Below, piece after piece: positions 55,346 to 64,000 of a DNA stretch of 64,000 nt; the stretch's first letter is position 1; every line of letters begins with the position of its first letter. A model generated the notes under the pieces. The model was not told where the DNA came from, did not search any database, and saw only the letters and a program-made list of their open reading frames with translations. The position numbers and the translations under genes are program-made. The DNA lies in the IMG/VR virus record IMGVR_UViG_3300032321_001270, positions 64,001-128,000 of that record. The stretch is one strand, 5' to 3'. This DNA is from a virus. Lineage: Duplodnaviria > Caudoviricetes.

Positions 55346-57482
55346 GTCGTAACTCCGGGGCCTCTAATTCAATTGCAGATTCAAACAGATGCGACAGATT
55401 TGTCGCGTGGGTCACAAGCAGACACTGCAGCCCCTTGGCCGTCGACAGCTCGCGCAACTTTTCTAGTACAGGCGCCAATGCCTGAATACGCGGCTGATCC
55501 AACGACGCAGTCGGCTCGTCCAGCGCAAGCAGACCAATTTCTTCGGCAAACATTGCGTTGACGGCGACTCGAAACGCAAGAGCCAAGACCGTCTTTTGCC
55601 CGACAGATAGACGCTGAGCGACTTGTTTTCGCCCGTCGAAGAATTCGGCGATAAATGTCGGCGTGCCATCTGTGGCAACCTTTACAACAAAGTTCACTCG
55701 AAAAATCTGCAGCAGTTCGTTTACTGCCGATTCAAGCCGCTGTAGATTTCTCTGCGCTACGACGCGTGGCGCGTTTTTCAATGCCTCCCGGGCTACTTCG
55801 GCAACGGACGTCCAACGCCGGAGCTTTGCAGCCAACTGTTCTTGGTCTTTAACACTATTGTACTGTTCTTCCACCCGACGCTTCTCAAACAAAAGCTGGG
55901 TTTTCTGTTCGACTAGATCAGCCCGATGTTTTAGCTGTTCTTGCAGCTTGTTTAATCGCAACTGGGCAAGATGCGCGTCAGACTGGGTAACCAAGATATC
56001 GGCTATCTCAGACTCCAGCTGTTTCTTTCGTTCCTGCATCGTGGAAATCGCGCCGGCAAATTTGGCCTTATCCTCGCGAGATTTCTGAGCTAACGGCTCA
56101 ATTTCCTTTTTTACAAGTTGAAACTCTTCGTAGTCCACAACCGCCTGCCGCAACTCGTCTTCGCTAGATTCGGGTGGCTTAACCGCCAGCAGCTCATTTT
56201 CAGACGAGATAAGCTGCTGCTCTTTGGCGTTGATCTCTTTTTCGCGAATCTGCCAATGCTGCCATGTCTTCTCAACGCCGGTCTGTTTGTTCGCAGCTTC
56301 ATTTAGTTCCAGCAACGACTCGCGAAGCTGCGGGAGTTCGGCCTGACGCTGCGCCACCTGCTTGGCCAGAGCCGAAGACGGCGTATGGCACGTTGGGCAC
56401 TCGGCAATTCCTGCCGCTGAGAACATTGCTATAAAGTTCTCAACTTCTTTAATCTGCCGTCGTTTAGCGTCTTCGTCTCGCCTGATCTCCTCTGCTTTCA
56501 ACAACCCGGGTTCTACTGGCTTTACATTTCGCGCACGTTCATCCGCAATCTCGTCTCGTGTGGCCTGCATTTTTGCTTTGGCCTTTTCCACGCTCTTGTA
56601 ACTTGCCCAGTGCCCCAACGCTACCCGTGCAGCCGCATGAGCTGATTCATATCCGTTTGCCGCATCTGTTAGCGCCAACAGGTCAGCCTCATACTGCGCC
56701 GTCGCGTCTGTAATAGCGTCCAGCTGTTTCTGCTGCTGCGTCAGCTGGTGTTCGAGTTTTGACAGCTCACCCGCCGCACGCTCGCGAGACTCCCACTGCT
56801 GAATCACACCCTGATCGGCGCGCATCAATGTCAGCAGGTCATCTGGATTCGGCAGTTTTGATATCTTTTCCGCCAGTTCACCAGCGCTGCGATCAAGATC
56901 GTCGCGCTGTTCCGCCAGCTGATCGGGCGTCTGCACGATCTCTGGAATAGTCAGCTTGGACAGACCCTTGCCGATTGCGTCCTGACACTTGTCTGCCTTG
57001 GCTGTGTTAAACAGGCGCTGGAAGAACTTGTCAGTGTCCGTCTGGTTGTCGTCGATGAACGAGAAGATCTCGGTCTGCGACACAATGATGAACCGACTAA
57101 TAAACTTGGCGTCGACACCCAGCAGTTTTTCAATGCCGGCAGTCACCGACTTATCGCCGCGGCCTACTTCCTTGCCGTCCACTGTCAGGGTGGACTGTTC
57201 TTTCTCTGGAAGTAGGTGGCGCGTCACGACGGCAATATGGCCGTTGTGCTCAAACTCCAAACAGGCGTACGAGGGTTCGCCTTCTTTTGCGTACTGCGAA
57301 ACGTTATCGGCTTTTACGCCGAAGTTCGGGTTCTCGCCTGTGAGCAGCCAGCGGATTGCTCCAAATAGACTGCTCTTCCCCGAGCCGTTTTCGCCGAGGA
57401 TCGCCACCAGCCCGCGAGTGAATTCACATACTCGATAGCGATGGTGTACCCAGTTCTTCACTTCCAGTCTCAAGAGCTGCAT
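55329..57482 (-). CDS. sbcC: SbcC/Rad50-like SMC ATPase
   Basis: GENGSGKSS Walker A, Q-loop VSQTE, CPTC Zn hook, LSVGQ signature, LALDEPT Walker B, VTH. Confidence 0.93.
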   Translation of the reverse strand: MQLLRLEVKNWVHHRYRVCEFTRGLVAILGENGSGKSSLFGAIRWLLTGENPNFGVKADNVSQYAKEGEPSYACLEFEHNGHIAVVTRHLLPEKEQSTLTVDGKEVGRGDKSVTAGIEKLLGVDAKFISRFIIVSQTEIFSFIDDNQTDTDKFFQRLFNTAKADKCQDAIGKGLSKLTIPEIVQTPDQLAEQRDDLDRSAGELAEKISKLPNPDDLLTLMRADQGVIQQWESRERAAGELSKLEHQLTQQQKQLDAITDATAQYEADLLALTDAANGYESAHAAARVALGHWASYKSVEKAKAKMQATRDEIADERARNVKPVEPGLLKAEEIRRDEDAKRRQIKEVENFIAMFSAAGIAECPTCHTPSSALAKQVAQRQAELPQLRESLLELNEAANKQTGVEKTWQHWQIREKEINAKEQQLISSENELLAVKPPESSEDELRQAVVDYEEFQLVKKEIEPLAQKSREDKAKFAGAISTMQERKKQLESEIADILVTQSDAHLAQLRLNKLQEQLKHRADLVEQKTQLLFEKRRVEEQYNSVKDQEQLAAKLRRWTSVAEVAREALKNAPRVVAQRNLQRLESAVNELLQIFRVNFVVKVATDGTPTFIAEFFDGRKQVAQRLSVGQKTVLALAFRVAVNAMFAEEIGLLALDEPTASLDQPRIQALAPVLEKLRELSTAKGLQCLLVTHATNLSHLFESAIELEAPELRHVQRA

Positions 57483-58596
57483 CTTCTTGTTCTCCCGTCA
57501 TAAACTTAGAAAACTGTACATCAAGCTCTTTTCCAGCATCGTCCGCGTTCAACAGTGCCGCGGCTAGTTTGTATGCGTCTGTGCCCTCCCCAAGCAGGTC
57601 AGCAAGTGCAGTCAGTAAATCGTTTTTCGCGCCATCACGGCCCGACGAGCGTTTCTCGACGTCGTACTTGTTGGTAAGCGCTTCACAGAAAATGTGCGCC
57701 GACTCACCAACTGCTGTGGTTAAACGTAGAAACGCGTCCGGCAACTGTTTGTTGAATTTAATCCGCACAATCGGTTTGGCGATCTCGTCGGGCAGCCCCA
57801 TGAACTCACAGGCGTCTTTGATGTCTCGTGTCAGTACGCCGGCGCACAGGCTATCCAGTAGTTCTTGCTCACGCACTGTGTAATCCAAGAACCGCCGCGT
57901 TTTCATCGGTATTGGTCGAAAATCAAAACCGCCAGCGTTGTCAGCAGCGATCACAAAGAAAAACTTACTGGGATCTTCGCCGCAATCCTGCATGCAGATT
58001 GAGCCGGGCGACAGCATCTTGATCGGCCGCCCCTGCGCGTTGTGGTTTTCTACGGTCTTCGTCACGTGAAAGTCGCCTGCCAATACCGTGCCGACATGAT
58101 GGACTTCCGTCAGCTCGCACTCGGTCCGGCCGACGTTGCCCATGAAGTCTTTCCAGACTTGATGGACAATCAAGATATCAGTATCGGGCGGAACTTCTTG
58201 AAATGCGGTTTGAATCTCGCCTTTTGGCAACCAGTCCAATCCGTAAACCTTCACGCCCTTTATGGGGCATGTCTTTTTATGCATGTGCATTGGCCACGAA
58301 TGCACGCTCAACCACGGAGCGTTGCGGTCATACTCGTGGTTGCCCTGAATGTAGTAAACATCTAGACCTACCGACTGCATGCGCGTCAGACCCTCGCAGA
58401 GCTTTGCGATGGGACGAGCCGAATTGCTTTTCTTTTCGAGCACGTCGCCGCCAAGGATCAGCGGCAGGCGATGTTCGATGCAATAGTCGATGATCTGTTT
58501 AAAGCTGTAGTACGCGTCACCGTAAATACCGGGCCGCGTAGACCATGCGCCGTCTTCAAGATGAAGATCCGCGCAAAATACAAAAAGCGGCGTCAC
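57424..58596 (-). CDS. sbcD: SbcD/Mre11-like metallophosphoesterase nuclease
   Basis: ADLHL, GGDV, GNHE, VHQ and GDFH motifs; adjacent to SbcC. Confidence 0.93.
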   Translation of the reverse strand: MTPLFVFCADLHLEDGAWSTRPGIYGDAYYSFKQIIDYCIEHRLPLILGGDVLEKKSNSARPIAKLCEGLTRMQSVGLDVYYIQGNHEYDRNAPWLSVHSWPMHMHKKTCPIKGVKVYGLDWLPKGEIQTAFQEVPPDTDILIVHQVWKDFMGNVGRTECELTEVHHVGTVLAGDFHVTKTVENHNAQGRPIKMLSPGSICMQDCGEDPSKFFFVIAADNAGGFDFRPIPMKTRRFLDYTVREQELLDSLCAGVLTRDIKDACEFMGLPDEIAKPIVRIKFNKQLPDAFLRLTTAVGESAHIFCEALTNKYDVEKRSSGRDGAKNDLLTALADLLGEGTDAYKLAAALLNADDAGKELDVQFSKFMTGEQEDAALETGSEELGTPSLSSM

Positions 58597-58605
58597 GCAG
58601 TACTC

Positions 58606-59256
58606 CTAGTCGTCGTCGCTGAAGAAAGTTGTAAAATCATCGTCTTCTTCTTCGTCGTAATATTCGTCGTTGAAGTCATCGGCCTTGTTGAATTTGAACG
58701 AGTTTTTCGGCAGGTTCCAGTAATTGTTGATCGGCGTGTCGGCCAGCGGAAACAAGTTGTCCATGCCGCTGGGGCCGAACAACTTCATGACCGCCGACAA
58801 ATACGCACCAAGCATGTCCGGTAACTTGTTGTTGTCGATGCCCTGCATGGACTTCAACATTGCCGGCCACGCGGTGGGTTCGCCACTGAACCAGCCGTCG
58901 TCTTTCTTTTTGCCTTTCGGCGATGTCGTAATAACTTTGAAAAAAGACAGCGTGAACAGCTCTGACAGCTGATCTACCGTAGGTTCATTGTCGCCGCCGC
59001 GTCTCCGTAGTTTGTGCTTTTCCTGCAGCGCAAGCAATTCTTGGTCAAAATCTGCTTGCATTGCCTGCAAAGCGCGGGCTGTCTTGGCCGCAACCACGAT
59101 CTCTTTGACGCCCAGAAACGCCGGGTTCATCAGATCCAGCACCGACCACAGCATATAGTAGTCGCGGCGCATGGCCGCAACATACGCCCGAATAAACTGC
59201 AGTTCTGTTTTAGATACTTTATCCGGGTTAAACATAAGTGCGTGTGCCTTCAACAA
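58606..59256 (-). CDS. Hypothetical protein with an acidic C-terminus
   Basis: 216-aa ORF in the operon. Confidence 0.65.
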   Translation of the reverse strand: MLKAHALMFNPDKVSKTELQFIRAYVAAMRRDYYMLWSVLDLMNPAFLGVKEIVVAAKTARALQAMQADFDQELLALQEKHKLRRRGGDNEPTVDQLSELFTLSFFKVITTSPKGKKKDDGWFSGEPTAWPAMLKSMQGIDNNKLPDMLGAYLSAVMKLFGPSGMDNLFPLADTPINNYWNLPKNSFKFNKADDFNDEYYDEEEDDDFTTFFSDDD

Positions 59257-59267
59257 GCCGCGACAAA

Positions 59268-59522
59268 TTATTTCTCGGCGTCTTTGGTCTGCATCTCCTC
59301 AAACTCTTCCTTCGAGATGCTTTGAATGATGCCGTCGCGTTCCAGATCTTCCAGCAACGGCTCAATTCTGTGCAAATGCTCGCACAGCATAATCATCCAG
59401 TTGACCAGCTCTTCCTGCGGACGCTCGATAAATTTTGCTCGCAGCTCGTCGGGCGTCAGATGCTCGACTTCAATGTTGTGCCACTCGCCGTTGCGTTCAA
59501 CACGTAAATACGCGCCTGTCAT
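59268..59522 (-). CDS. Hypothetical protein
   Basis: 84-aa ORF in the operon. Confidence 0.6.
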   Translation of the reverse strand: MTGAYLRVERNGEWHNIEVEHLTPDELRAKFIERPQEELVNWMIMLCEHLHRIEPLLEDLERDGIIQSISKEEFEEMQTKDAEK

Positions 59523-59525
59523 GCG

Positions 59526-59801
59526 TTAACTTCCTTTGTGTAAATCACCCATGTATTTGACCGCGATATACGTGCCAATAAACGCACCACACGCCAGCGG
59601 TATGAGATACCACGGATTGTGCAGATAGTTCATTACGCCATATGCGCCCAAACTGTACAACACCGAACTAATCGCGCTGGCCGACCACGCCTGCCGCCTG
59701 CTTACGCAAAGCACGTACAAGGCGTACAAAATGTCAAAAAACACGTACACCACAAATACTGTTGCCGCGGTCGTCCAACTGAAATTATCCATAAACAACA
59801 C
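59526..59801 (-). CDS. Small multi-pass membrane protein
   Basis: Three hydrophobic segments; G.FIGTYIAV tail. Confidence 0.65.
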   Translation of the reverse strand: MLFMDNFSWTTAATVFVVYVFFDILYALYVLCVSRRQAWSASAISSVLYSLGAYGVMNYLHNPWYLIPLACGAFIGTYIAVKYMGDLHKGS

Positions 59802-59827
59802 CCGTAACTAAGACGTCAGCCTCCGAT

Positions 59828-59903
59828 TAGCAGGGGTGAGATTTGAACTCACGATCTTCGGCTTATGAGGCCGACGAGGACGACCGGACTCCTCTACCCT
59901 GCG
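59828..59903 (-). tRNA. tRNA-Met(CAU), initiator-type
   Basis: CGCAGGG/CCCTGCT acceptor with a C1-U72 mismatch, A11-U24, anticodon loop CTCATAA, TTCAAAT T-loop; CCA not encoded. Confidence 0.93.
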
Positions 59904-59908
59904 ATATG

Positions 59909-60181
59909 TTATTTTAAGCGTGCCAGTAGTGCGCGGAGCGTAGCGGGGATAGAGTCATCAAGCGGATACGCACCGATAGCAAACTCCAACGCGCGCCGCT
60001 CCCCGCGAGTAAGCGTGGCATCCATCGTCACCGTCACGCTGCCATCGCACACCGACAGCGTGGCGTCCTGATCCGCGAGGCGACGTATGGCTTCCTTGAG
60101 CCTAGCAATTTCTTCACGTTGATCCTCAATAATCTGATCGGCCTGCTCGCAGTCCCTTATCACTTTATTTGGGTCGATCAT
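59909..60181 (-). CDS. Hypothetical protein
   Basis: ATGA coupling; contains the IRRLADQDATLSV..G.VTVTMD pattern recalled from phage ORFs. Confidence 0.6.
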   Translation of the reverse strand: MIDPNKVIRDCEQADQIIEDQREEIARLKEAIRRLADQDATLSVCDGSVTVTMDATLTRGERRALEFAIGAYPLDDSIPATLRALLARLK

Positions 60182-60405
60182 ACGGGCGCCTCCAACGCAC
60201 GCTGCATGCTTTCAAACTGCTCGCGCTGCATGGCCATGAACGTCTCGTTTGATACTTTGCGCATCATCATATTGATTCGCGCTGGAATCACAATATTGTT
60301 ATCGCAGGTATTGCAGCACCGCCCGTGATTGACTGGCGACGCATTATTACCAGAGTCCCAGTCACCAACCTTCGGAATGTCGTTAAAACAAATTGAACAG
60401 AGCAT
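60178..60405 (-). CDS. Small Zn-binding phage protein
   Basis: CSIC...GNNASPV..GRCCNTC...VIPAR motif. Confidence 0.7.
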   Translation of the reverse strand: MLCSICFNDIPKVGDWDSGNNASPVNHGRCCNTCDNNIVIPARINMMMRKVSNETFMAMQREQFESMQRALEAPV

Positions 60406-60407
60406 TG

Positions 60408-60713
60408 TTACTCTAGCCTTTTGTAAATTTTTGTTTTGATATGTTTGCGGTGTGAAATACTTCCCGGGTCAGCCGAAACGTACTCCACATAATATTCTGG
60501 CAAAGTCCATGGAATACGCCCGCCAGTACCGACCAACCTATTCGCTTCCTCTTCAGCCGACCATTTAGCGCGAATTTCTTTTGTTCGCATTTCAATGTCT
60601 ATTCTGTCGTCATAGAGGATTTCTTGGTCTTTTTCTGTTGGTTCGTATTTAGCGTCGTCCGGTTCATAGCCAAGACTATCCCACAATTCTCTATGTCTTC
60701 TTGGGGTAAGCAT
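60408..60713 (-). CDS. Hypothetical protein related to 1134..1343
   Basis: Start MLTPRR follows GGAGG; the upstream part of the track ORF overlaps tRNA-Gln and is spurious. Confidence 0.65.
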   Translation of the reverse strand: MLTPRRHRELWDSLGYEPDDAKYEPTEKDQEILYDDRIDIEMRTKEIRAKWSAEEEANRLVGTGGRIPWTLPEYYVEYVSADPGSISHRKHIKTKIYKRLE

Positions 60714-60724
60714 AAACCCTCCAA

Positions 60725-60795
60725 ATGCCCGACTAGGATTCGAACCTAGACAAAGAGAACCAAAATCTCTTGTGCTACCGTTACACCATCGGGCA
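60725..60795 (-). tRNA. tRNA-Gln(UUG)
   Basis: TGCCCGA/TCGGGCA acceptor (U1-A72), AGAGA-TTTTGGT-TCTCT anticodon arm, TTCGAAT T-loop; CCA not encoded. Confidence 0.93.
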
Positions 60796-60817
60796 ACCGC
60801 GCGTTGAATCCATTCAT

Positions 60818-60964
60818 TTACGAGCTTCTGGCACACACCTATGAGGAGACCATCTTGCTGAGCGTTACCAGCTTCGTGGTTATGACCCACTCACGACTAG
60901 GGTGTCGGGCCGTCTGACTTCAAGGAACGGCTTTAGGACCGAGAACAAGGACGCCGACACGCCC
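60818..60964 (-). ncRNA. Candidate structured RNA upstream of tRNA-Gln
   Basis: Non-coding gap containing a 10-bp outer stem with a nested hairpin and two further hairpins; no known family recognised. Confidence 0.25.
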
Positions 60965-60975
60965 GGGTTGACTTG

Positions 60976-61251
60976 TCAGTCTTCTATGACTGAGTCGCGA
61001 AAATTGACGAATTCGCCGCCGTCATCGTTGAACAGCAGCCCGGGTTCTCCACCGCCGCCTGCCTCTTCAGCCGCGCGCGTTGCGTATTTGCGCAGCAGCT
61101 TGTAGATCGACGCGCCGCGGCGGTCACCGAACTTGAGGCACAGCAGCGCCTCGACGGTCAGATACTCCTCATACCCCTCTTCGACGTTTTCGTCATCGTG
61201 CGGGTTTTCGTCGTCGATGAAGCCGCCAAAATCGAAATTATTGTTATACAT
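60976..61251 (-). CDS. Acidic hypothetical protein
   Basis: 91 aa with AGGT upstream. Confidence 0.65.
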   Translation of the reverse strand: MYNNNFDFGGFIDDENPHDDENVEEGYEEYLTVEALLCLKFGDRRGASIYKLLRKYATRAAEEAGGGGEPGLLFNDDGGEFVNFRDSVIED

Positions 61252-61261
61252 ATGCCACCTG

Positions 61262-62419
61262 TTAATAGATTACGGTCAATGAAACAACGCAATTGGTTAA
61301 AGGAAACAAATACACTCCCAACGCGGAAAATTGCCGCGGCTGTTCAAGCCGCATGATGATTGTGCCGTTCTGCACGAGTTTGGCCACAACGTATGGCCCG
61401 ACGGTGCTGGTCACCGCGTCTAGTACTACGGCGTAATCCGTGCCGGGAACTGGAAACTGAATCGTGGCGCCGGTGGGCCCGGTAGCGCCAATGATTCCCA
61501 TGCTAGTGGCTTCAAGCGCGTCGTCAATAACAGTCGTCAGAGACGCCACCATTTCTCTGGTCGCGACAACCGGAAACACCGTCTTTGTAAACTCGCCAAA
61601 GCAGTTGCTGTGTTCGACGAGCGCGCCTTCCGCGGGCTCAAGCACGGCAATTGCTGTTAACTCTTTTACAGCCGCGCGAACATACGCAAGCAACGCAGGA
61701 CACACAGCTAGATAGTCGTCTGCGGTGTTTGTGCCAACGACAGACTCGTCGCCTTTCTTACGCCGCACGAACTCACCCGTTTCGAGGATGATGTTGTGCG
61801 TGTTGCTGCCGTTGTCAAATGAGATGCCGCGCAACGACGGGCCTCGATCGCCGTTTGGCAGCTTGTCGCGAAATACAACAAGGCTAGCTTCGAGAGACGC
61901 CGCCGTTTGCTCGGTAAACTGCGCGGGCTGAAAAACACGAGACAACATGCGCTCGTTGTAGATCTCGGGCGCAGTCGGGCTCACCAGCAACGGATTATTT
62001 GGCGACTCAGCAACTTCAGCAATTACGGCGTCAAAGATATCTTGGGCCGGGACGTCAGAGGCCGCTAGTCCATTCTCGATGAGATCTGAAAACAAAACGA
62101 GAGCGGCGCTTACCATTGCCGGCGCCGTTTCTCTGGTCGCGCCATATTGCACAGCCACGTCGAGGCCGCGATTTAGCGATGCGTGCGTAATTGAAAACGG
62201 CACGGCACCCCAATTGATGTCTCCGGCTTTTTGAGCCAACAGCGCCAGCGCCCTAAAAAACGCGGGGTCTTTCTTGGGCGTCGATGCCTGCCGAAATAAC
62301 TCAAGCGTGCAAGCCAGCAGTCGTAGCTGCGCCGGATCGTTGAATGTTCGAAACTTTCCTAGAAACTCCCTAAGCAGACTTGATGGTTTGTGTGATTTTT
62401 CCACTGAATACTCCGTCAC
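61262..62419 (-). CDS. Hypothetical protein
   Basis: 385-aa ORF. Confidence 0.7.
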   Translation of the reverse strand: MTEYSVEKSHKPSSLLREFLGKFRTFNDPAQLRLLACTLELFRQASTPKKDPAFFRALALLAQKAGDINWGAVPFSITHASLNRGLDVAVQYGATRETAPAMVSAALVLFSDLIENGLAASDVPAQDIFDAVIAEVAESPNNPLLVSPTAPEIYNERMLSRVFQPAQFTEQTAASLEASLVVFRDKLPNGDRGPSLRGISFDNGSNTHNIILETGEFVRRKKGDESVVGTNTADDYLAVCPALLAYVRAAVKELTAIAVLEPAEGALVEHSNCFGEFTKTVFPVVATREMVASLTTVIDDALEATSMGIIGATGPTGATIQFPVPGTDYAVVLDAVTSTVGPYVVAKLVQNGTIIMRLEQPRQFSALGVYLFPLTNCVVSLTVIY

Positions 62420-63569
62420 ATGCTTCTAAAAGGTTGGTCACGTTTGCGCGGTAGGTGCCTGTTAATTTGTGATGAGTGCCGTTATGGCTAACCACATGGG
62501 GTGCAAAATCTGGTTGAACGTGATTATCAAAAAGGACTGCGTGAAACCCGGGACGATCGCCAACGCAAGGAACTGCCGCCCGGGTCTGTAAAAACAAATG
62601 AAGACCACGCATAGCGTCGCCTATAAACAACATTACGCCGCGGTCTGTCTGACATAGCTGACGTACCTGCTCTGCAAATACCAGCAGGTCGATATACGTG
62701 GCGGCTCCGATAGCTGCGCCAAGCTCTGCTCCAATGCCAGATGGATAGGCGTGCTCAGCCATTTCACCGACTTCGACGTGGATGGTAGCTGGAACGCCAA
62801 GCTCGTACGCTGCGTAGATTAGGCTGCGGGTTTTGTTATCTTTGGGATCAAACGCCCAGCGTCCAGCTGCTTCGCCGTAACCAATGCCCTGTGTCGCCGC
62901 CATCCGGGCTACGTAGTTCAGGTCATTAAGAACCTTTGGCTCGGCGGCTCTGATATCGGCCATCAGTCCTGTGCCTGTTGTGGCGACGGCTGTGACGTAC
63001 TTCTTACGCAACAGTTCAGCCGACACGATACCGGCGCCGGCATGAATAGCCGTGGCACCAATAAACAGAATCACGGGCCTGTTCTCTACGCGAGCACTGT
63101 GAATGACCCGGGCAACGGTGATGTGCTCCGGCGAAACATTACTGGCTAGCTCTGTGGCATAAGGCGACATCGTGTCACGCGGCGGAACAACCGCGGTTAA
63201 AGGATTGAAGAGCGGAAAAGAACTGTGAAACTCATTGGGCAACACGAATGCCCCGGGTTGAGGCAAGTCGCCGCGAAGCATCGGGCCGTCACCCCACAGC
63301 AACCAGTTGGCGCAGACGTCAGTGTGGCTGAGAATCTGCGCCACCAGTTCTGTGCTGACCGCATGTCGTCGGTTCAGAATCTTTCCAAGATGCGTTGAGT
63401 CGAGTTCGATGGCGCGGGCAAAGGCAGGGACATTGTTGTCAAACAGAAACGAGCAGATGTACTCAATCCGTTGAAGCCACGGCTGATCGTGGTGTAGCAG
63501 TTTGCGCCTGTGCTGCTCGTGTTTCTGGCGCTGCAGTTTGCTCTGCTTCTCTTTTCTGGGCCTTGGCAT
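62370..63569 (-). CDS. XRE-type HTH fused to a deoxyhypusine-synthase-like domain
   Basis: N-terminal FARAIELD..HLGKIL...NWLLWGDGPM (HTH); C-terminal VILFIGA..IHAG...VTAVATTGTG...GYGEA.G...SL..AAYELGVPATIHV..G...GAAIG..T..D...F (DHS-like fold). Confidence 0.6.
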   Translation of the reverse strand: MPRPRKEKQSKLQRQKHEQHRRKLLHHDQPWLQRIEYICSFLFDNNVPAFARAIELDSTHLGKILNRRHAVSTELVAQILSHTDVCANWLLWGDGPMLRGDLPQPGAFVLPNEFHSSFPLFNPLTAVVPPRDTMSPYATELASNVSPEHITVARVIHSARVENRPVILFIGATAIHAGAGIVSAELLRKKYVTAVATTGTGLMADIRAAEPKVLNDLNYVARMAATQGIGYGEAAGRWAFDPKDNKTRSLIYAAYELGVPATIHVEVGEMAEHAYPSGIGAELGAAIGAATYIDLLVFAEQVRQLCQTDRGVMLFIGDAMRGLHLFLQTRAAVPCVGDRPGFHAVLFDNHVQPDFAPHVVSHNGTHHKLTGTYRANVTNLLEACDGVFSGKITQTIKSA

Positions 63570-63993
63570 TGGCGTCTTTCAGTTTGTGATACTGTATTAA
63601 CTCAAAGCCAGTTTTTCTGAAGAGCCCTGTGCCGGCCAGTGTGCGCGTATCGTGGATGGCCCGCAGGTACGCTGCAACGATCTCATCGTAGCCGCTGAGC
63701 AATTCCTGCGGGTAGCGATTGAACTGACCCAGTATGTTGAACAGCTCAGTGTCGTGTTGATTGTAGCACTCCAAAACTTTGATTGACGTAAGATACGCTA
63801 CGCGACTACCGCGCACGCGCACAAATGGTAATTTTGTTTTTGGCTTGTGCAAGAAAACCTGCCGCGTCTCAATCAACCACCCGTTGTCCTGCGGCACAAC
63901 ACCTAACCGCCACATCGAACCTACTGTTTTGCGCTGCAGCTGCTTGGTGCACTTTTTGTAAGCTGTCCGTTCGCGCTGCAGTTCACCCCACAA
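63463..63993 (-). CDS. Hypothetical protein, probably truncated at its 5' end by the window edge
   Basis: The reading frame stays open to position 64000. Confidence 0.5.
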   Translation of the reverse strand: MWGELQRERTAYKKCTKQLQRKTVGSMWRLGVVPQDNGWLIETRQVFLHKPKTKLPFVRVRGSRVAYLTSIKVLECYNQHDTELFNILGQFNRYPQELLSGYDEIVAAYLRAIHDTRTLAGTGLFRKTGFELIQYHKLKDANAKAQKREAEQTAAPETRAAQAQTATPRSAVASTD

Positions 63994-64000
63994 AAAACGT

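Noticed and set aside
60714-60890. N-terminal extension of track ORF 60408..60890
   Set aside because: It runs through tRNA-Gln, and a good RBS and ATG exist at 60713.
60974-60995. TCAGTC/GACTGA hairpin near the end of 60976..61251 as a terminator
   Set aside because: The 6-bp stem overlaps coding sequence and has no U-tract on the transcribed strand.
1-64000. CRISPR, TIGR or short-period (5-nt GGY-NN) guide array to go with the RAMP and Nop-like genes
   Set aside because: I read the intergenic gaps by eye and saw no repeat-spacer or period-5 array. The gaps flanking those genes are 4 nt or less. An array elsewhere in the genome cannot be excluded.
1-64000. Stop-codon reassignment (plausible for a large phage with tRNAs)
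   Set aside because: Conserved genes are full-length in code 11, coding density is high, and neither tRNA is a suppressor.

Overview
A 64-kb segment of a large tailed dsDNA phage (Caudoviricetes-like, standard genetic code). It is densely packed, and every credible gene lies on the minus strand, many with overlapping or abutting stop and start codons. Read in transcription order (right to left) it holds five blocks. (1) An HTH plus deoxyhypusine-synthase-like fusion, small hypotheticals, tRNA-Gln(UUG) and an atypical initiator-type tRNA-Met(CAU). (2) A replication and recombination operon: SbcD/SbcC, SF2 helicase, DnaB-like helicase, primase, a family A DNA polymerase fused to a UDG-like domain, a probable SSB, RecA and RuvC. 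(3) A probable portal, glycosyltransferases, an HD protein and thymidylate kinase. (4) About 22 kb of fibre/adhesin genes with collagen repeats, roughly 16 LamG-like domains and two arylsulfotransferase-like domains. (5) Thymidine kinase and a glycosyltransferase cut by the window edge. The most unusual locus is an adjacent gene pair inside the replication operon: a stand-alone Cas7-like RAMP protein (53911-54405) and an IS110/Nop (Tas-like) protein lacking recombinase catalytic motifs (54410-55345). I found no CRISPR, TIGR or other guide array in the window. All family calls come from reading motifs by eye; no database search was run, and the host is not established.
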